NCBI GenBank assembly: GCA_027036135.1
Contig: JALVSY010000016.1
Span: forward strand, 416,001 to 480,000
Origin: Pyrodictiaceae archaeon
GTDB taxonomy: Archaea > Thermoproteota > Thermoprotei_A > Sulfolobales > Pyrodictiaceae
Reading direction: 5' to 3'
DNA: 64,000 nt
Below, piece by piece: positions 58,512 through 64,000 of the stretch (its first letter is position 1; every line of letters starts with the position of its first letter). Below the pieces are notes generated by a model that saw nothing but the letters and a program-made list of their open reading frames with translations, was not told the origin of the DNA and did not search any database. The position numbers and the translations under genes are program-made.

Positions 58512-60203
58512 ATGAGAGATATGATTAGATTTAAAAAGGCTATACCGCTAGTAATCCTAGCAGTTCTCGCAGCATCCTCTCTTGCACTCTTCGTAGCCAA
58601 GATGGATGGACTTAATGAACGAGTAGTAGCCAGCGAAGCTTTTGCTAATAACCTCAAAGTAATATATATCAATAAATTGTTTGGGTCACAGAGCGCTAAA
58701 ATATCGCTACAGGGAGTACCTAAGGGTTATCATATATGTGTAAGTGCATGGGGCTGGACTCCGGATAGTAGTATAGTGTCTCTCGGGAAAGCATGCTCGG
58801 CTAGCGGTACCATAGCTTTACCAGTCGATTCTATTAAGAGGTACATGAAGGCTTGGAAGAATTACTTGATAAGAAACAAAGATAGCCTTAACGTTGTTGA
58901 ACCAGGCATACTGATTACAGTGACCCTAGTAAAGCCGGGCAAAGCTATCTATGCAGTATTTAAAGCAGTCCCTATAAACGCTAAGTACTTTCTCGAAAAG
59001 AAGGCATCATTAACTATAACTATAGGATCGGATGCAATAAAAGCAGCGCTCAAGAAACCTGTTATGACCTGGAACGAGTGGGAAAAAGCACTAGCTAGGT
59101 CAATGACTGCAAGGAAGCAAGCGCATAGTACTGAATGGCCGCCGAAGCTAGTACCCATAGGTAATGGAATATATTGGACCTACTATAAGACTATAGCTAA
59201 GAATGACGATATGTATATACCATTAGTCATAGTGAGGCTGCATGGCTATTTAAAATATCTGGAAAGAACCCAGCTGCTTCTCCAGGAATTCTTTGCCTCA
59301 TACGATAAAGGCTATGTCGTCTTTACAGCAACGTATCATGTTGATCAAGATAATGCAGGCATAAGCATAGATTATGGAGATATGGGCCCAGTCTTTAGCC
59401 TTAAGGCAAAGACGAAAGCACTTATGCAGTACCTGGATTTTGAAAGCTACTTCGCGTACAGCGATGACGCCAAAACGCTTAGGAGCATTTCTGGCCTCTA
59501 TAATCACCCGCAAGTTGCTGTACTACATGTAAAGGGTAGCGATGCTATCGCAGCTATTGGTTTCAGAGGACAGAGCATTGTTGCAAAGTACTGCTTAGGC
59601 TATGAGTACCCGATAGGAGGAGGCGTTTCTATCGTTACGTGTCCGAAGAGCAATACAGCCTTTGCAACATTTACTATGTTTAGGCCCATAGTTTATAAGA
59701 ACCACCTATACTACTGGGCAGAGGCTGATAGCAACCCTCACGATGGAATCGGTGTCGCCGAGAAGGCCTTCTGGCCGATATACAATACATGGCACTACAC
59801 TGAAAAGGAATTGTATGAAAAGCCGCTTTATGTCAGTTCCTCTAATCTCACAGCAATATCCAATGCCATTCCGCTGCTCGGTGTAGGTGTGCCAGTACTA
59901 CCACTTCTCATAAAGGATCCATCACCACTTCTAGCACCAGTATTCGCAGCCACACTTGGCTACACAAGCAAATCAGTAACCGTCCTTCATCTATCAGCCT
60001 CGCTATACTCCGATAAAGGTACTAATGTGGGCTTTGTAGCCAGGATATTCGAAACACCGATGAAGCTATACTATGATGACAGAGCGTACACTATAAGCTC
60101 GCCAGTACTAGATATAGGCATATACCAAGGCGGCGGTGCGCCACACCCGTGCACGGCGCCTGGTACCTCATGCCCGACAAATAACAAGGGTACAGAAGCC
60201 TAG
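58512..60203 (+). CDS. Large secreted/surface protein of unknown function, low GC
   Basis: Signal peptide (KKAIPLVILAVLAASSLA), Tyr/beta-rich body, Cys-containing C-terminal tail. Confidence 0.7.
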   Translation: MRDMIRFKKAIPLVILAVLAASSLALFVAKMDGLNERVVASEAFANNLKVIYINKLFGSQSAKISLQGVPKGYHICVSAWGWTPDSSIVSLGKACSASGTIALPVDSIKRYMKAWKNYLIRNKDSLNVVEPGILITVTLVKPGKAIYAVFKAVPINAKYFLEKKASLTITIGSDAIKAALKKPVMTWNEWEKALARSMTARKQAHSTEWPPKLVPIGNGIYWTYYKTIAKNDDMYIPLVIVRLHGYLKYLERTQLLLQEFFASYDKGYVVFTATYHVDQDNAGISIDYGDMGPVFSLKAKTKALMQYLDFESYFAYSDDAKTLRSISGLYNHPQVAVLHVKGSDAIAAIGFRGQSIVAKYCLGYEYPIGGGVSIVTCPKSNTAFATFTMFRPIVYKNHLYYWAEADSNPHDGIGVAEKAFWPIYNTWHYTEKELYEKPLYVSSSNLTAISNAIPLLGVGVPVLPLLIKDPSPLLAPVFAATLGYTSKSVTVLHLSASLYSDKGTNVGFVARIFETPMKLYYDDRAYTISSPVLDIGIYQGGGAPHPCTAPGTSCPTNNKGTEA

Positions 60204-60235
60204 GCCTTACTCTGTACTTTAAACTCCAGTATGTT

Positions 60236-61126
60236 TCATATCTCTATTTCTGCTAGTAGGTCTTCTAGTAGTTCTAGTTCGGGGAATTCGAGTACTCCTA
60301 GTTCCTCGGCGAGTACGTAGGGCTTTATCTTCGCGAGGTCTATGTCTTCTCGGAGTATTGGTGAGAGGTAGGTGTCGGGGCTTAGGCTCACTGTTGTCCC
60401 TGTCTGGTACTGGCCGACAGCAGGTAGTACTATGAGGGTTGCTCCTAGCTTCTCGTAGGGCGCTACTAGGAACGCGGGTAGCTTTGCCACGTAGCCTAGC
60501 TTGTCGCGTAGCCTTAGGCTCGGGTGCTCATGCCCCATTATGACGACGTCCACGCCGCCGGGGTAGTTGCCCTCGGGCTTGCGGTGACCGTGTACCACTA
60601 GTACTCCTTTCTCGTAGTACTCGTTCACAAGCTCTATACCATACTCTCTCGTGACCAGGGGTAAGTAGTTATCATGATTACCCCTAACAATCACCACCTC
60701 GGCGCCGCGTTCCTTGACAAGATAGTCTAGTACCCTGCGGACCTCCTCCCTTTCACTCCTCAGCAACCTAGAGAAACAATGCTTAACATCACCAGCAAGG
60801 ATAACCCTACTAGCCCCGGTCTCATCAAGAGCCCTTCCAAGGACCTCAAGGGTTCTCGCAAGCTGTATCCGTGGCACAAAGAAGCCCTGCTTAGCAGCCT
60901 CCTCCTCAAACCCTAGATGAGTATCAGCAATGATGACCGCGCCGATGCGGCGAACATAGATCGCGGGAATACTATCAACAACCTCTACGCCGGGCACCAG
61001 CTCCAAGGCCCAGATAGCCCTCCCAAGACCCAGTTCTAAGAGTATTACCGAGCCACACCGAGCTAATATATGGTACCAGAGAAGCCTCTTGTAACCTGGC
61101 CCCAGTACCCGCGAAGCCAGAGACAT
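60236..61126 (-). CDS. Calcineurin-like metallophosphoesterase
   Basis: ADTHLG, GDVKH, RGNHD, HGH, GHEHP motifs; true start probably ~61027. Confidence 0.88.
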   Translation of the reverse strand: MSLASRVLGPGYKRLLWYHILARCGSVILLELGLGRAIWALELVPGVEVVDSIPAIYVRRIGAVIIADTHLGFEEEAAKQGFFVPRIQLARTLEVLGRALDETGASRVILAGDVKHCFSRLLRSEREEVRRVLDYLVKERGAEVVIVRGNHDNYLPLVTREYGIELVNEYYEKGVLVVHGHRKPEGNYPGGVDVVIMGHEHPSLRLRDKLGYVAKLPAFLVAPYEKLGATLIVLPAVGQYQTGTTVSLSPDTYLSPILREDIDLAKIKPYVLAEELGVLEFPELELLEDLLAEIEI

Positions 61127-61191
61127 GGGAGATTTAACTTTATCACTGAGGCCCTATGGCAGCTTTGTGTGCGTGGCGGGAGTGCTTCTCT

Positions 61192-61617
61192 ATGAGTGGC
61201 GAGCTAGCTGAAGCGCTTTGGAGACGGGCCACAGTATATCTCCGCGAGGCTAAGCACCTCTACTCGGAGGGCCAATACGATGTTGCGCTAGTTATGGCTG
61301 AGCAGGCAACACAGCTAGGCATAAAGGCGGTCTATGCTAGGCTCCTTGGCGCCGTGCCGCGTGGGCATAGCCTGCGCCGCCTACTAGGCTACCTCGCCTC
61401 GGTGCTGGAGGAAGCTAGTAAGCAGGAGGAGGAGGCGATGCTTCTCCGAGACTTCGTGGCAAGTAACCGTGACTCCCTAGTCCTGCTAGAAGACGCCTAT
61501 ATACAGGGACGCTACGATGTACCCGGTTATACGAGGAGCGAGGCCGAGAAAGGAATTAGCACAGTAACCCAGCTACTCGAGCTACTAGGGAAGCTACTAG
61601 GGATGCGGCATGGTTAA
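61192..61617 (+). CDS. HEPN domain protein
   Basis: YDVAL..AEQA.QL..K, PRGHSL, AYIQGRY. Confidence 0.87.
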   Translation: MSGELAEALWRRATVYLREAKHLYSEGQYDVALVMAEQATQLGIKAVYARLLGAVPRGHSLRRLLGYLASVLEEASKQEEEAMLLRDFVASNRDSLVLLEDAYIQGRYDVPGYTRSEAEKGISTVTQLLELLGKLLGMRHG

Positions 61618-61969
61618 CAAAGTAGACGTGCTCATGGCTAAGTGGTTCTACGAGCTACGAGACGGGTGGAGAGAAGCAGCAACCCTTGTAGCAAGGGTGG
61701 CTAAGCGCCTCTACCCAGGAGCAAAGGTATACGTGATAGGCAGCGTAGCCGAGGGCACCTTCACAGCGACAAGCGACCTAGACATACTAGTAGTACTACC
61801 CCGCGACCCAGAGCCCAGCGAGAGGCTCCGGATAAAGACAAGTATCCTCCTACAAGCATTCGACGAGGGACTCCCCTTCCACTACCCAGTAGACCTCCAC
61901 ATAGCAGGGCCAAAGAAACTAACAGAATACAGGAAACACGCCAAGAAAATGATAAACATAGACCCTTAA
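61610..61969 (+). CDS. Minimal nucleotidyltransferase (MNT)
   Basis: GS-x10-DLD (IGSVAEGTFTATSDLD); overlaps the HEPN gene. Confidence 0.88.
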   Translation: MVNKVDVLMAKWFYELRDGWREAATLVARVAKRLYPGAKVYVIGSVAEGTFTATSDLDILVVLPRDPEPSERLRIKTSILLQAFDEGLPFHYPVDLHIAGPKKLTEYRKHAKKMINIDP

Positions 61970-62235
61970 TGGAGCATGAATAGGATTGTTAATAACTTAA
62001 TAACCGAGTACCCTTGTGCCCCCGGCTTACTAGTAGCTACTTTGCCCGTGTTCTTTTGCCGAGCTATAAATCCCCCTTGCCACAACTACTTTCTTAGTGA
62101 AGCTTCATTCCACTCATCCTCGTCAATAGTGTTTGCAGTTCAGGATAAGGAGCATGTTTTGCCAATATATAATTAGGCCTATGACTTTCTTTAAGTTTCT
62201 GGAAGCTCCTTAGAGACTAGTGGTGCTAAGAATCT

Positions 62236-62646
62236 ATGAGCCATATAGATGAATATAAGGTTATGATTACTAGGAGTAGATGGTTCCTTGATCTAGCTAG
62301 AGAGGCGTATCGTAGGCAGCAATACGACTTAGCAGTATTTCTCGCCGAGCAAGCAGCACAGTTACGAGTAAAGGCAGCACTCATCCGCCTTGCCGGGCAC
62401 TATCCACGAGTTCATAGTATCCGGTTACTATTAGGAGAGCTAGCGAAGGCAAGCGGTAATGCGGGTAAGAAGATAATAGAGTTCATTAAGAATAATCGTT
62501 CTCTCTTATCAGAGCTAGAGGATGTTTATTTAATAGCAAGGTATGCCCCAAAACAGTACAGCCGCGAGGACGCCGATGACCTCATAACTATAGCAGAGAA
62601 AATCATCAAGCTTGTAGAGGAGACAGAGCGAGGCCAGGAGCATTGA
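62236..62646 (+). CDS. HEPN domain protein
   Basis: YDLAVFLAEQAAQL..K, PRVHSI, Y..ARY. Confidence 0.88.
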   Translation: MSHIDEYKVMITRSRWFLDLAREAYRRQQYDLAVFLAEQAAQLRVKAALIRLAGHYPRVHSIRLLLGELAKASGNAGKKIIEFIKNNRSLLSELEDVYLIARYAPKQYSREDADDLITIAEKIIKLVEETERGQEH

Positions 62647-62975
62647 GCCTTGTCGTGGAGAGGGCTAGGATGCTAAGGGAATGGAGGAAATGGGTGCCGA
62701 GGGTAGTGGAGGTTATTAAGCAGCTATACCCTGATGCAGAGATCTACGTCATAGGCAGCGTGGCCGAGGGAACCTATACCGGGGCTAGCGACCTAGACCT
62801 CCTAGTAGTGACGAAGAACCCTCCAAGAACGCCCCGAGAAGAGGCGGAGGCGAAGACAAGGATAGAGGATCTAGCCAGCCTACCCATATACCACCCGCTC
62901 GAGATACACTTCGCGAGCCAAGAGGAGAAACAAAAGTGGCTCAAGTGGTCAAGGAAGACAATAAAACTAGCCTAG
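62643..62975 (+). CDS. Minimal nucleotidyltransferase (MNT)
   Basis: IGSVAEGTYTGASDLD; 4-nt TTGA overlap with the HEPN gene. Confidence 0.88.
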   Translation: MSLVVERARMLREWRKWVPRVVEVIKQLYPDAEIYVIGSVAEGTYTGASDLDLLVVTKNPPRTPREEAEAKTRIEDLASLPIYHPLEIHFASQEEKQKWLKWSRKTIKLA

Positions 62976-63027
62976 CCCGCTACGAGGCAGCATCGCTAGT
63001 GATCGCTTCATAATATTTTGGTGATGT

Positions 63028-63126
63028 TGTGGGCCGCGGGGGAACCCGTCCCCCACCAGCAAGGGGCCCTTAGCGGCCCCAAGCCTGTCGGGAACGGTGC
63101 GGGGGCGACAAAGCCACCCGCGGCCC
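63028..63126. ncRNA. Candidate structured non-coding RNA, family unknown (H/ACA-like on the minus strand is one option)
   Basis: GC-rich island between AT-rich flanks; perfect 10-bp closing stem GGGCCGCGGG/CCCGCGGCCC; internal hairpins; ACA directly 3' of the stem on the minus strand. Confidence 0.5.
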
Positions 63127-63247
63127 CCCGAGTAAGCCCTAGGACATTGTCGCTCAATATAGTCTCTACCTTTCATAATTTTGCGGGAGTCATGTGAAAA
63201 CAATTTGTAATAGTTATTTATTGATTAAATATTAAGAAAATATAACG

Positions 63248-63264
63248 ATATATATATATATATA
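63248..63264. repeat. (AT)8A dinucleotide tract
   Basis: ATATATATATATATATA read directly; ~55 nt upstream of ATG 63319. Confidence 0.85.
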
Positions 63265-63318
63265 CCTTCAGCATTACTATACTCAATAATAGAAGGGTAT
63301 AAAGAGGTAGATTCAATA

Positions 63319-64000
63319 ATGCTTATAGGCAAGAAAACAATAGCCACAATAGTAATAGTGATGATAGGCATCACGTCACTCATAATACTTCATCCCTGGC
63401 GACACGGGCACAGCTCTAAGCACTATAAGGTCATAGCAATACCTTCTCTAGGAACACCTCAGGAGGCGTTTAGGGAAGGATATGTCTATGGCTACGTAGT
63501 GGGAAAGATTCTATCAATGAAGAATCCTACAGGAGGTCTGCTAAAGATAAAAGTTAAGATAACATATGTAGGGAACGCCTCAGCTCCCGAGGAGCTACTA
63601 GTAAAGCCAGTACTGGATAATGGCCTTGAGGTATCGCTCCCACCAGCTATGGCTAAAGAGATACTCATAAAGTATCAGAACAATGGTAAGGCGCTCCTAG
63701 ACCTATTGTTCCGCGGAGTAATATCCTTCGACCAAGACGTGGGTGGCAGAGTCTGGGTAGAACCATCAAGATTACTTAATGTTGCCTCGGAGAAACCTAT
63801 AATAGTTCATAGAAATAGCTCCGTAGTGGCAACAATACTTGTGAAACCCGCTAATTTATCACTAATAGAGCGCAAAATAGCTTGTAGCCTACTCAATGCA
63901 CGTTTATCAAGAATAGGAATTAGGGGCCCTATATCCATTGATTTCGAATTATTCAATGCAATCACGGGGAAACCTGCTGCGAGGAAGGGTATGAAACTAG
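63319..64000 (+). CDS. Exported/membrane-anchored hypothetical protein (3' truncated by window edge)
   Basis: Open frame from ATG 63319 (MLIGKKTIATIVIVMIGITSLIIL...) to the window end; GAGGT SD-like sequence upstream; low GC. Confidence 0.7.
   Translation, partial: MLIGKKTIATIVIVMIGITSLIILHPWRHGHSSKHYKVIAIPSLGTPQEAFREGYVYGYVVGKILSMKNPTGGLLKIKVKITYVGNASAPEELLVKPVLDNGLEVSLPPAMAKEILIKYQNNGKALLDLLFRGVISFDQDVGGRVWVEPSRLLNVASEKPIIVHRNSSVVATILVKPANLSLIERKIACSLLNARLSRIGIRGPISIDFELFNAITGKPAARKGMKL

Noticed and set aside
1209-59513. Many antisense or overlapping ORFs in the supplied track (e.g. 2289-2807, 25786-26298, 41033-41641, 50010-50450)
   Set aside because: Ser/Leu-rich shadow frames opposite well-supported genes, with no recognisable motifs
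61976-62230. 66-aa ORF between the two HEPN-MNT pairs
   Set aside because: No SD or motif and atypical composition; probably spacer or an unrecognisable remnant
63096-63105. GGTGCGGGGG complementary to the tRNA-Leu 3' end (CCCCCGCACC) as an att site
   Set aside because: Only 10 bp, low complexity, inverted relative to the tRNA, and no integrase is present

Overview
Gene-dense archaeal chromosomal window. The gene set (PaREP1/PaREP-like coiled-coil genes, AMP phosphorylase, phosphopantothenate synthetase, archaeal type IV pilin, ferritin-fused encapsulin, GC-rich tRNA-Leu) suggests a hyperthermophilic crenarchaeote of the Desulfurococcales, possibly Pyrodictiaceae-like; this taxonomy is inference. 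Housekeeping and metabolic genes (rtcB, nth, arcC, Trm11-like methyltransferase, ABC/MFS/MATE/CDF transporters, two radical SAM proteins, glycosylation enzymes) are mixed with three HEPN-MNT pairs, several heptad-repeat coiled-coil genes and about ten disrupted genes. Best leads: a 1479-aa P-loop ATPase/winged-helix/coiled-coil protein with a direct repeat in its promoter; two PD-(D/E)XK nuclease genes 34 kb apart that share identical coiled-coil DNA blocks but have divergent nuclease heads; a ~96-nt GC-rich structured RNA candidate in an AT-rich gap; a low-GC surface-protein island with a (TA)n promoter tract; a probable ACG start codon; and two unannotated ribbon-helix-helix paralogues flanking a decayed ATPase. 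No CRISPR array, rRNA or intact transposase/integrase was seen. All protein family calls come from motif recognition by eye, not database searches.
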